Virus record (IMG/VR): IMGVR_UViG_3300033144_005525
Span: 63,402-127,401 of that record
Origin: a virus
Direction: 5' to 3' (one strand)
DNA length: 64,000 bases
This document shows, piece after piece, positions 1 to 8,538 of this stretch. Below the pieces are notes generated by a model. That model worked only from the letters and a program-made list of their open reading frames with translations, was not told the origin of the DNA and did not search any database. The first letter of the stretch is position 1; each line of letters opens with the position of its first letter. A program made the translations under genes and the position numbers.

Positions 1-13
1 ACTACAGCTCGTC

Positions 14-412
14 ATGCGCTGCAACTTCTACAACTGGAAGCTGTCCGTTCTGAGCGAGCAACGCATCGAAGCCCCCTTCGAAGCTCTGTTCCACACGATA
101 CCGCCACCTGACCCAGGGTACACAGGCAACGACCTAGCCCCTGTCTACTTCGAAGGGTTCCAGAAGGATTGGTGCTTCAACTACTACAGCTTGAATCACC
201 GTAAATGGTCTTGCCAGCTCAACGACAAAAGCTCGCTGTGGACCGTCGTGTTCCTCATCATGAGTTCTCTGGGAGCGCTCCCCACCCTGACGTATTCAAC
301 CCGGAAGGAGCACAGAGCTAAGCTGGATGGATACAGAGAAGAAGGCAGAAAGCATCAAGAGAGAATCGAAGCAGCGGATAACAAAAGCAACACTGAACAG
401 GAACCAGAGTAA
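14..412 (+). CDS. hypothetical protein (frame open to the window edge, probably 5' partial)
   Basis: ORF track; its stop overlaps the next start (TAATG). Confidence 0.5.
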   Translation: MRCNFYNWKLSVLSEQRIEAPFEALFHTIPPPDPGYTGNDLAPVYFEGFQKDWCFNYYSLNHRKWSCQLNDKSSLWTVVFLIMSSLGALPTLTYSTRKEHRAKLDGYREEGRKHQERIEAADNKSNTEQEPE

Positions 413-807
413 TGAGCAAGCAAACCCGACGTAGCATCAGCATCTCCGGAGCGACCTACAATCTCGTCAAGAAGAACTGCGAGAAACGAGGGATCTCCAT
501 GAGCACCCTCACCGAGGCCCTCATCCTCGAGCACATCAACCCGGACGAGCGTTCTCTGAGTTCGAAGTCCGCCATCCCGGTGGTGGTCATCTCGATGAAC
601 GAGATCGAGCGCTCCCTTCTCACAGTCTTGAAGGGGAACCGCAAAGCCGTCACCCTCAAGGACATCGAGGCCGCCGATGGCATCAGCTACCTGCAGGCCA
701 AGAACGCTGTTCGTCGTCCCCGCACTCTGGGCCTGGTCAACAGTCCGAAGCCCGGTACCTTCGAGCTCACCGCCAAGGGCAAGAAAGTCACTGCCCAGAT
801 GAAGTAG
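412..807 (+). CDS. putative DNA-binding protein (N-terminal ribbon-helix-helix, C-terminal winged helix)
   Basis: RRSISIS..YNLVKKNCEKRGISMSTL (RHH-like); GLVNSPKPGTFELTAKG (Mrr-N-like wHTH). Confidence 0.5.
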   Translation: MSKQTRRSISISGATYNLVKKNCEKRGISMSTLTEALILEHINPDERSLSSKSAIPVVVISMNEIERSLLTVLKGNRKAVTLKDIEAADGISYLQAKNAVRRPRTLGLVNSPKPGTFELTAKGKKVTAQMK

Positions 808-810
808 CTC

Positions 811-1398
811 TCAGCAATCGACGAGCTCTCCGTTCGTCAACCAGGCGTGGTAGTACTCCGGCGTCCCGGCCTCGCCCATTCCGATCGATGGGCGGGCCGT
901 GATGTTCGGGGGCTCCCCGCTCCTAGTCCACCCAGGTACCTTCTTACTGTTGGTAGCCGGCCCATCGATAGGCCAGTCTCCTCCCGGAGTGCGGACGATG
1001 AGGGTGCGTCCATCTGGACCCCTCCACACCTTAGGCATCCAATCCGCATACCACATGGACCCTAACGGAGAATCCCCAATCGTAGTGAACTCTCCGTTGT
1101 CTGATCTCCCATACAGTCGATTGCGATTTTGTTGCCAGTTGTCTTCCTCATCGAATTCGTAGCCACATTCGCAGTGAGTAGGCCATTGAGGATCATCATG
1201 AGGGAAGTCGTCGGCGCCCATCCCTTCATCCTCGCTCCATTGGATGACTCCAATAGGAATAGAGGCGTTGTGGTAGCTCATCTTTCCAGGACACTTGCGA
1301 ACTTCATCCGACTTATTGAATCCACAGTACCGACGCAAAGAAACCTGTGCTTTTCCTATGGGTTCCAGAAATAGACACTGGATACGGCGTTTCGACAT
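811..1398 (-). CDS. Cys/His-rich protein with C-terminal DUF6527-like domain
   Basis: C-terminal GWTRSGEPPNITARPSI...YHAWLTNGELVDC matches the WxxxGxxxxxTxxPSI...H..x.xG pattern of DUF6527. Confidence 0.5.
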   Translation of the reverse strand: MSKRRIQCLFLEPIGKAQVSLRRYCGFNKSDEVRKCPGKMSYHNASIPIGVIQWSEDEGMGADDFPHDDPQWPTHCECGYEFDEEDNWQQNRNRLYGRSDNGEFTTIGDSPLGSMWYADWMPKVWRGPDGRTLIVRTPGGDWPIDGPATNSKKVPGWTRSGEPPNITARPSIGMGEAGTPEYYHAWLTNGELVDC

Positions 1399-1487
1399 AC
1401 CCAATCGTAGCTCTCTGTTTGATCCGAACAAAGAAAACGGATGTAAGGTGATTTCGAGGCCTCGCACCCCGCTTCACTAAGGAGACG

Positions 1488-1709
1488 ATGTCCAATCTAA
1501 ACGTAATTGAATCTGTCCTACGCAACGCTGGTGAACCCCTCCGTGTTCCTCAGATCATCGAACGTGCGGGAGACAGACTACCCACTCAATCCAGAACACC
1601 GAGGGATGTAGTCGCTCGAGACCTGTCCATCGACATACGAGACAACGACCAGTCGAAGTTCAAGAGGGTAGAGACTGGTCTGTATTGCTTGGTGGACGGC
1701 AATGAGTGA
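1488..1709 (+). CDS. HARE-HTH (RNAP delta-like winged helix) protein
   Basis: VLRNAGEPL..QII...SRTP...ARDL..DI....SKFKRV..GLY; strong RBS AAGGAG. Confidence 0.7.
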   Translation: MSNLNVIESVLRNAGEPLRVPQIIERAGDRLPTQSRTPRDVVARDLSIDIRDNDQSKFKRVETGLYCLVDGNE

Positions 1710-2208
1710 GTTCGTCGATATCGTATTCGACGGCCCACCCGGAGTTCCGAGCTTCAATGCTGGTCAGTTCGTAGAGATCGAGAACGATCGAGGTGAGAGC
1801 ATCAGGTTCGGTAGCATGATGGTCCGCAAAGACGGACAACATGTGATTCGGATAACTCGGGATGATGTTCAACAAACGCTCTCGGTATCTCGCGGAACCC
1901 TACGAACTGTGTTGGCAGAGAAAGCCCTGAAGGCCCTCTGCAGCGATAGTGTGTGGGAGGGACTACAAGTCTACCGTCGCCAGTGCTGGAGAGTGATGGA
2001 CAAGGTAGACGAGCTCGCCAGCGACTTCGACAGTATTGCCAACTTCACTAGGGAGCAGATGCCGAAGGTGGCAAACTACGCTATGGAGGCTGCTTCTCGT
2101 GCCCGCGGAAACCAGCCCCCTCCCAACTGCATCTGCCACGAAACCACAGTTGGAAAAGGCGACTGTCCTGCCTGTGGTCCTCGACCCCAACTGTCAACGA
2201 CTGCGTAA
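1702..2208 (+). CDS. phage hypothetical protein with C-terminal Cys cluster
   Basis: IVFDGPPG..GQFVEIE motif; CIC...CPACG; overlaps the upstream stop. Confidence 0.55.
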   Translation: MSEFVDIVFDGPPGVPSFNAGQFVEIENDRGESIRFGSMMVRKDGQHVIRITRDDVQQTLSVSRGTLRTVLAEKALKALCSDSVWEGLQVYRRQCWRVMDKVDELASDFDSIANFTREQMPKVANYAMEAASRARGNQPPPNCICHETTVGKGDCPACGPRPQLSTTA

Positions 2209-2213
2209 GTAAA

Positions 2214-2321
2214 GTGCTCTGGATCTTCTTAGCGGTTCTGATAGGCTTCTGGGTGCTCCTCATGTTGGGGCTCTCTGCAGCATTCGATGCCGCTAAGAAG
2301 TTCAGAGATCTTGATAAATGA
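2214..2321 (+). CDS. small membrane peptide (35 aa)
   Basis: GTG start, MLWIFLAVLIGFWVLLMLGLSAAFDAAKKFRDLDK; below ORF-track cutoff. Confidence 0.4.
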   Translation: MLWIFLAVLIGFWVLLMLGLSAAFDAAKKFRDLDK

Positions 2322-2324
2322 ATA

Positions 2325-2684
2325 GGGCGTGAATTGGTTTCGACGGGGGTAGAAGAGTTCGAGTTGCGTGTCGAGGTTGGTCGGCTGGCCTCGTTAAAAG
2401 CCGTCCAAACAACAGTTGCCAACGACAACGTTGACTCTGTTGAGCTCGTCGCTCAGGCGGCGTAGTTCATGGGCTTCTGGAGAGCCTCGAAACAGAATGG
2501 GAGCTTGCTCCTGCTCCAGTGGTGGAGGCGCCTTCGGGCGTCCTTGCCCCTCCCGAGGGTTTAAACCGGGCGTAACAAAACACGATACGTATGAGCCATG
2601 TTGTCGGTGAACGGAAACCGAATACACACGTAGACACTTGAACAACGCTACTTTCGGACTGGAGTTCGATTCTCCACACGTCCA
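2325..2684 (+). ncRNA. ssrA: tmRNA; tag peptide ANDNVDSVELVAQAA* at 2418-2465
   Basis: 5' GGGCGTGAATTGGTTTCGACGGG; acceptor stem GGGCGTG/CACGTCC with G3:U70; T-arm TGGAG-TTCGATT-CTCCA; discriminator A; typical AND...AA tag. Confidence 0.95.
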
Positions 2685-2701
2685 CTACTTTAGGAAACCT
2701 C

Positions 2702-2881
2702 GTGTACACGATCTGGAAGAAATGCCCGAATCCAGATTGCGGGGCCAAGTCTCTTCTGTACTTCCCTACATGGCAGCGCACAACGCTCGTGCTCTGCACC
2801 GTCTGCGATCGGCTGTACCAAGTAGACGAGTTTCTGAAGAAAGCGATAAGGATCGGAACAGGTACTCCCGGTCCTTACTAG
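2702..2881 (+). CDS. small zinc-ribbon protein (59 aa)
   Basis: GTG start after AGGAAACC; CPNPDC...CTVC; below ORF-track cutoff. Confidence 0.55.
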   Translation: MYTIWKKCPNPDCGAKSLLYFPTWQRTTLVLCTVCDRLYQVDEFLKKAIRIGTGTPGPY

Positions 2882-3070
2882 ATCATCTCCAGCTGTGGAA
2901 ACAGATGGCGCAGATCTTCATAGCTTTCCTGCGAAATATTCGATCCCAAAGAGTCCTCTTCGCTTTGAAGACTCGGTGGCGATCACAACGAGGACAATGC
3001 TTTAACCGTCTGATCGGTCTGCGTTGGTTCGTCGGTGTGTCATCGCCGAAGGACATGAGATCAGACTACC

Positions 3071-3490
3071 ATGATAGGTTTACAAACGATGATCCGACTC
3101 GAGTCGAGCCCAATCCTTGCTATTGATTTCGATGGGACTTGCGTAAGCAACATCAATGACTACCCAAAGGTCGGTTCAGATATCGGTGCTGCTCCATGGT
3201 TAAAGGCCTTCGTGTCCGCAGGGGCTCGCCTCATACTCTGGACAGTCCGCAGCGGGGATGGACTGAAGCCGGCCGTCAAGTGGTTCAAAGACAACAAGAT
3301 CCCTCTGTGGGGGATCAACGAGAACATAGACTACTCTCAGCCCAAATCCCCCAAAGCTCATGCTCATCTCTTCATCGACGATCGAGCCTTCGGAGCTCCT
3401 GTCATCAAACAGGAGAACGGACAAGCGCACATCGACTGGAACAAAGTCGGTCCCGCTGTTCTAGCTGAGCTGCTGAAGAAGAAGGACTAG
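3071..3490 (+). CDS. HAD-superfamily phosphatase (BT0820-like)
   Basis: AIDFDGT motif I, LWTVR motif II, K..AHLFIDDRA motifs III/IV. Confidence 0.85.
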   Translation: MIGLQTMIRLESSPILAIDFDGTCVSNINDYPKVGSDIGAAPWLKAFVSAGARLILWTVRSGDGLKPAVKWFKDNKIPLWGINENIDYSQPKSPKAHAHLFIDDRAFGAPVIKQENGQAHIDWNKVGPAVLAELLKKKD

Positions 3491-3675
3491 CTCACTAGCT
3501 CGAGCTTAGGAGGACACTTGTGGTTGTTCCTCATGTCCTCGACGGTGGAAGCGATACCGCAGATCAAGTCTCCTGCAGGAGCTGGTGGGTCTTTGAGAAC
3601 CATCACCTTGCCATTTCCGCAATCGGGACAGATCAAGATGACCTTGGTCCCTTCTCCGATGACTGGTTCAGGCAC
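3487..3675 (-). CDS. small Zn-binding hypothetical protein
   Basis: CPDC...HKC. Confidence 0.4.
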   Translation of the reverse strand: MPEPVIGEGTKVILICPDCGNGKVMVLKDPPAPAGDLICGIASTVEDMRNNHKCPPKLELVS

Positions 3676-3875
3676 CAGACACTTGAGTCAGTTCTACTGC
3701 GTCTGGGACATCGATGACCCTGATTTGAGACAGGTTCTCTACTTTGGTGACCTTGTTCCAGATCACCTTGTCACCTCTCCAGGTGTAAGCGTTGGCTGCA
3801 CCTTCCGCCATCAGTACGCCTCTCAGGAACACCATCTTCATAGAGAGAATCTAACCCAAACGGAGGGAGAGCTAC

Positions 3876-4130
3876 TTGCCGAAGGACAATATTCCTCAGT
3901 TCCACATACTCACCCCAGTCAAGAAAGGCAGCGGAACATTCTGGTACCGAATCGGAGCTGGGTGGGAGAAGACCACCCAATACGGGAAATCGATGGTGTC
4001 ATGCGCCATCGATCTACCTGTGCAAGGTGGCCGTATCATCATGGTACCCAACCCTCAGTTCAAAGACAGCAAGGCCGAAGTACAGGACGAGCCTGTCTCC
4101 AGCAAGGAGTACGATGACCTCCCCTTCTAG
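3876..4130 (+). CDS. small OB-fold/SSB-like protein with acidic DDLPF tail
   Basis: WYRIGAGWEK core (DUF736-like); C-terminal EYDDLPF; RBS GGAGGGAG. Confidence 0.55.
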   Translation: MPKDNIPQFHILTPVKKGSGTFWYRIGAGWEKTTQYGKSMVSCAIDLPVQGGRIIMVPNPQFKDSKAEVQDEPVSSKEYDDLPF

Positions 4131-4362
4131 GAAGTTCGAAGTCGGGGACAGGGTCATGCGCTCCGATGTGACGGAGGACTCTATCCCTTCGTACCGGAAC
4201 ATGCGTGGGGCTGTCGAAGGATTCGACTGGACCTACGTACTAGTCCAGTGGGACGACGACAAACCCAAATGTTGTGAGGACATCTCTCACTGTGGTCCCA
4301 CCAGGCACCAACCCGAAGCGATCAAACTCGCAGACGAAAATACTCAGTCTGTCGAGGGATAA
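4114..4362 (+). CDS. SH3/KOW-like hypothetical protein
   Basis: KFEVGDRV...GAV....VLVQWD; RBS AAGGAG. Confidence 0.5.
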   Translation: MTSPSRKFEVGDRVMRSDVTEDSIPSYRNMRGAVEGFDWTYVLVQWDDDKPKCCEDISHCGPTRHQPEAIKLADENTQSVEG

Positions 4363-4363
4363 G
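4356..4363 (+). promoter_or_regulatory. GGGATAAG promoter-like motif (also at 5767, 12659, 14305, 20610, 21742, 58703)
   Basis: exact 8-mer recurring upstream of + strand transcription units. Confidence 0.6.
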
Positions 4364-4366
4364 TAA

Positions 4367-4512
4367 GTGGTGAAAGAGTGACGTTCATTCGATACTCGCC
4401 CACCAAACACCGCTAGATCTCCCCTGGTCCTGGGTACTCGGTCAAAAGCTCTAGTGGTGGGACGGCATCTCAGGCATAGCCGAGGCTGAAGGACACCGAT
4501 GCCGTCCTTTTA
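4367..4512 (+). ncRNA. candidate structured small RNA (three hairpins, ending in a U-run)
   Basis: stems GGTG..GAGT/ACTC..CACC, CACCGCTAGA/TCTAGTGGTG, GGACGGCAT/ATGCCGTCC then TTTT; immediately downstream of GGGATAAG. Confidence 0.35.
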
Positions 4513-4522
4513 GCTATCCGTG

Positions 4523-5230
4523 TCACGCACTGCCAGTGTGTACTACGGTGAAGTGCATGCCATCACAAATCGTGATGGACATTCCCTTGTACATGGTTCC
4601 CGATTCCCCACTGACACCATTGTGGTAGGCGATGGTCGGGTACCCACTCTCTCCAGCAAGCTCGACCAGTTTCTGGTATGGGAGCTCATCCAAGGTCAGA
4701 AGGTGATCGGTCCCATTGATGGATACCTTCTTGGTCTTGGGGACCTCTTTGACCACGTCTCCATCGTAGGATCTGGCCGGTATACGTCTGTCGAGTTCAG
4801 CGAGCTTCGACTCGACTATCTCATGCGTACGTGCCTGCACTGAACCATCAGGGGATTGCCACCCAAAGACGTATCGCAGCAAAGACGATGTTGATTCTCT
4901 GGAGTGGTCCTCCGTGATCTTCTCAGAAAACACGGTTCCTACTCTGAGTTGATCGATCATGGCACGTCCCCGTCGAGTCACCTCGTCGAGCATATTGACT
5001 CCGTACTCAACGAAACCTCGTTTGTTGTCTGGGACTTCCTCAGGTGTGGGCACGTAGCACATCAACCTGGTTATCAACCAAAGCAGATCGAGTCGATGTT
5101 CTCGAGTCATCGATCCTGTAATTGAATCCATATTCAACGTCCCACACTCAGAGCATGACTGCGTAGGTCCGCCTTGCAAGTGCTTCGGAATGTCTGGGAT
5201 ATCTATCCAGACATGTTTGTGACATCTCAT
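4523..5230 (-). CDS. protein with C-terminal ubiquitin-like (Multi_ubiq-type beta-grasp) domain
   Basis: VSING...LPYQKLVELAG...TIAY....GTM..G.SI.I.DGMHFTVVHTGSA. Confidence 0.6.
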   Translation of the reverse strand: MRCHKHVWIDIPDIPKHLQGGPTQSCSECGTLNMDSITGSMTREHRLDLLWLITRLMCYVPTPEEVPDNKRGFVEYGVNMLDEVTRRGRAMIDQLRVGTVFSEKITEDHSRESTSSLLRYVFGWQSPDGSVQARTHEIVESKLAELDRRIPARSYDGDVVKEVPKTKKVSINGTDHLLTLDELPYQKLVELAGESGYPTIAYHNGVSGESGTMYKGMSITICDGMHFTVVHTGSA

Positions 5231-5355
5231 CTAACGCCTCCCTGATTTGTGGTGCCAGCCCGACACCCGCCCATACTACCTGGGTCGTCCTCTCTGTGCG
5301 ACAGCGGAGTACTGGTTTAGGTCCCTAGTCGGTTCCTGCCAGACGTCTCCTGGAT

Positions 5356-5670
5356 TTAGGCTCGGTCCATGTTCAGCTGAGCCTTCTGGCTATCATCGAG
5401 CTCGTCTTCCCAACACCAGTAGAACCCATGCGCTGGTTGAAGGGTCTTGTGGACCACCGAGGTCTCTCGTTCAGTCTGCCGACCACACGAGTCGTCTCGA
5501 CTTGGATCCCCAGAGATGAAGGCCAGATTGCACCCAGGCTCTCCTGTGTCGTTCAGGTACTCGCTGATCTCCCTGCCGCCTGTCCACCAGATGGTGATCA
5601 AAGCGTCCCTCGGAATTCCGAACTTGTCCACGTAGATGACGTTCTCTCCGATTCTGTACTGCCTCTCCAT
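5356..5670 (-). CDS. phage hypothetical protein
   Basis: start after AAAGG RBS; IGENVIYVD...CNL...RETSVVH. Confidence 0.55.
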   Translation of the reverse strand: MERQYRIGENVIYVDKFGIPRDALITIWWTGGREISEYLNDTGEPGCNLAFISGDPSRDDSCGRQTERETSVVHKTLQPAHGFYWCWEDELDDSQKAQLNMDRA

Positions 5671-5791
5671 TTGCTGTCTGCCTTTCTGCGGCTCCGTTGC
5701 CGCACAGAAAGGACAACCCTCCACTAGTTTAACTGGTAAGCCCACCGGCCCCACAAGATTTTTCCTGGGATAAGAAAAGTGAAGGAGAACC

Positions 5792-6007
5792 ATGAGCCTT
5801 ATCGATCTCTTAGTCTCACTATCTATCGCTTTGTTCTGCATCTGGAGTGCAATCGCTATGTCTTTTGAATGGAACATCCACAATCCGAAACCCCCTCAGT
5901 GTCATTTTTGCTCGAACCCAGATGGCCTTGGTGGTGCGTGTCCAAACAATTGCAAACCTGAACTACCGAGAGCTGTAGTCCAACCAAGGAAGAGAAATGC
6001 CGATTAG
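5792..6007 (+). CDS. small membrane protein with Cys cluster
   Basis: RBS GAAGGAG; N-terminal TM segment; CHFC..CPNNC. Confidence 0.5.
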   Translation: MSLIDLLVSLSIALFCIWSAIAMSFEWNIHNPKPPQCHFCSNPDGLGGACPNNCKPELPRAVVQPRKRNAD

Positions 6008-6443
6008 CGACGTAGAGAAATACATGCGAGAGCATCTACATGATGAGGAGCGGATCCTACTGGACGTAATCCTGTCTGCACGGAAAGTACAGACGGCTCT
6101 CTGGGGAGGTGCAAATGGTGAGTGGGGGATGGAGGAATGGAGGCGGATGTTCCGCAAACGTGTAGCCAAGATAGACGAGGTCGACACCAACAACCCGTAC
6201 GCCCATGTCGAAGTGAAGAAACGACTACTGCAGACGGCTGCTCTGTCCGTAGCTCTCATCCGAATCATCGACGAACTGGATGGTCTACCCACCACATCAA
6301 ACAAAGACAGACCGTCCAACCTACCTACCTTCGCTGAGGAATTGAGCGGTTTTGAGAAAGAGAACAAGGACACCTGTATCAACTACGGTTGTACCTCCCT
6401 CTCGCACTCCGCTAGTTGTCCCCGTCGAGTAAGGACCATCTGA
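5997..6443 (+). CDS. degenerate MazG/NTP-PPase-like helical protein
   Basis: R..Q...WG...W....+KRLLQTAALSVA pattern; acidic catalytic residues absent. Confidence 0.35.
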   Translation: MPISDVEKYMREHLHDEERILLDVILSARKVQTALWGGANGEWGMEEWRRMFRKRVAKIDEVDTNNPYAHVEVKKRLLQTAALSVALIRIIDELDGLPTTSNKDRPSNLPTFAEELSGFEKENKDTCINYGCTSLSHSASCPRRVRTI

Positions 6444-6862
6444 TGATGAGCCTCGAACAGATGCCTAGTCTGGGTGTCTTCGGAGATCTTGTTCCTGAAC
6501 TCAGCAACATGGATACCTACCGACTCTGGCTACTGCTCCACACTGATCGCTACCGTCTCTTGATTACCGAGAGGCTACTGAAGAAACTGCAGGCGGGGTG
6601 TCTCCCAGAAGGAGACGATCTGGAGTTCACCTGCGAAGCCGAGGAACCATGGCCCTGATTTAGCGGCTCGTTCCCGCTTGAGTTTTCTCTGAATCTCCGC
6701 TACTGCTTTTTGTCATAGCGACGTTGTAGCTTAGCTTTACTGGCCAAGGTCACAGGTTGGCTGAGGCGTTTTTGCCGGGTCTGTTCTAGTGGAACTGATC
6801 CTCATATCACTCACTTCGTTCACCTCACTTCGTTCACCTCTAATAAGAAAGGCATCAATACG

Positions 6863-7939
6863 ATGCGCAATACAGTTACGTTCGGTGGAGGAATTCAACC
6901 TCCCGAGAAGAGTCCCAGACCTCAGGGTCCTGACTCAGACCCCTACCAAAAGTTCATCAGCAGTGTGCGGAAGAACTTCATCATTGGGTACGCGAACCTC
7001 GAGATCTTGGATGAGGCACTCGAAGGTACCTACCTCAAGGGTGCGAAAAGAAAGAGTGCCAAGAACTCTGCCACCATGATAATGGATGCCCTCAGGGAAG
7101 TTGGAGGGCTCCCAATACCGAAGAACTGGAAAGAGATCGGTGACCACGCCCAGACCATGGTCGAAACGGCCATAGAGGCAGAGAAACGGCTCTCGGCTCC
7201 CGTCCCTCTGGTCCTCCCTCCGACTCTGCCGGCATCGGTCCCAGCAGCAATCGCTCCGGTGATGACTGCTCCATTCATCCCTGGTACTCCTGTGGCAGCT
7301 GCTCCGTTGCAGCCTCCTCCTCAGCAGCCACAGCCTCCTCAAGTCTCTCCCGCTCCCACACAACCCTCCAGCGTCGTCTCTGCATTCCAGCAGCAGGAGG
7401 AGGTGAGGAGCTTCGAACGGAGTGCTCATGACAGGGCCGTCGCTATGGTCAAGCACGTGAGCACTCTCGACCTGAACGACCCCGGGAACTTCCCGTTCCA
7501 TGAGGTGTTTCGGTACGTCACCGACGACGGAGTTCCGAACTACTCCTACATCTACACGACAGCTCGAACTCCAGCCAACCAGTGGTACGACAAAGAAAGG
7601 CAGGCAAACAAGTCGGTCACTTTCGAGTACAACAACAAGGTCAACGGCGAGCTCGTTCACCACACCAGTCCGAAGTTGGTGAAGCTGAATGGAGTCCCCA
7701 TCCTCCGATCTGAGAAAGGTCGCAGAGCTGACGGACACCAATGCGAACACTGGACTCGGGCCTACCTTCTTCTGCCCGAGGACACTCTCTACGTCCGTGC
7801 CTACATCTACAACAAGGACGACGGAGTAGAGGCCGTGAACATGGTCAGGTACTTCATGATCACGGTCCATGGCATCCAGGACATCTGCAAAGATGACTAC
7901 GATGCAGGGATAGCTGCCCTGCAGCTCCCCTGGCAGTAG
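6863..7939 (+). CDS. hypothetical protein with central Pro/Gln-rich linker
   Basis: 358-aa ORF with RBS and downstream terminator. Confidence 0.7.
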   Translation: MRNTVTFGGGIQPPEKSPRPQGPDSDPYQKFISSVRKNFIIGYANLEILDEALEGTYLKGAKRKSAKNSATMIMDALREVGGLPIPKNWKEIGDHAQTMVETAIEAEKRLSAPVPLVLPPTLPASVPAAIAPVMTAPFIPGTPVAAAPLQPPPQQPQPPQVSPAPTQPSSVVSAFQQQEEVRSFERSAHDRAVAMVKHVSTLDLNDPGNFPFHEVFRYVTDDGVPNYSYIYTTARTPANQWYDKERQANKSVTFEYNNKVNGELVHHTSPKLVKLNGVPILRSEKGRRADGHQCEHWTRAYLLLPEDTLYVRAYIYNKDDGVEAVNMVRYFMITVHGIQDICKDDYDAGIAALQLPWQ

Positions 7940-7954
7940 CAAGCAACAATAGTA

Positions 7955-7994
7955 AAAGAGGCCCTCTCCCTTCACCGGGAGGGGGCTTCTTCTC
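7955..7994. terminator. intrinsic terminator between convergent genes
   Basis: GCCCTCTCCC/GGGAGGGGGC stem flanked by A-run and TTCTTCT. Confidence 0.7.
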
Positions 7995-8001
7995 GTTCTA
8001 C

Positions 8002-8334
8002 CTAGTTGCGGGTGCTGGTCGATATCCAGTTGCTGGCCATACACATGTAGTCGGCACCAGAACTGGCTTGGATGCGGCCGCGGCGATGTAGGAAGGAAAC
8101 CACTACAAAGCGTTCTTCCTCCAGCTCCCTCTTCGCCATCAAAGCGGCCTGAATGATTCCTGGAAACTGGATGTCCAGATCCTCGACGCGCAGCTTGTCG
8201 CTCTCATTGAGGACGGTAGCCAGCTTCTTGTTGTCGGTGTAGAGCTTCGCCCCCATCAATCGGGCCGAGTACATCCCTGGCTCGAGGTCTACTTTCTCTG
8301 CCTCCAAGACTCCACCAATCAGTCGGTTTTCCAT
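8002..8334 (-). CDS. hypothetical protein
   Basis: ORF; shares DLD..FPGI..A motif with 10938-11297. Confidence 0.55.
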   Translation of the reverse strand: MENRLIGGVLEAEKVDLEPGMYSARLMGAKLYTDNKKLATVLNESDKLRVEDLDIQFPGIIQAALMAKRELEEERFVVVSFLHRRGRIQASSGADYMCMASNWISTSTRN

Positions 8335-8538
8335 CCCTCACCATACTCGAACGTACGAGCTCCACCAACCGGTCAAGGGGACGATAGGGCCGATGACGTC
8401 CCAGGACAGGTGCTTCCCATCATCGACGTCTACTGTCTCCTGCAGGCGGAATAGCAGCCACTGCAGGACGAAGAAGTTCAGTAGACCCAGCCAGCTCTTG
8501 AACATGTACACGACCTCACCGTACCAATGGAAACTCCA

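Noticed and set aside
2655-2687. Stand-alone tRNA suggested by the GTTCGATTC T-loop
   Set aside because: It is the 3' tRNA-like end of the tmRNA; no other tRNA was noticed by eye.
2394-2799. ORFs overlapping the tmRNA (2394, 2416, 2467, 2638)
   Set aside because: They overlap a well-supported RNA gene and lack RBS or recognisable motifs.
4367-4512. Hammerhead ribozyme or SRP RNA
   Set aside because: Lacks an exact CUGANGA/GAAA core and the SRP helix-8 motif.
6935-8044. Long antisense ORFs (also 27522-28391, 35973-36938, 38280-39128, 50402-51139)
   Set aside because: These are shadow frames of real genes with strong third-position bias; their products are featureless.
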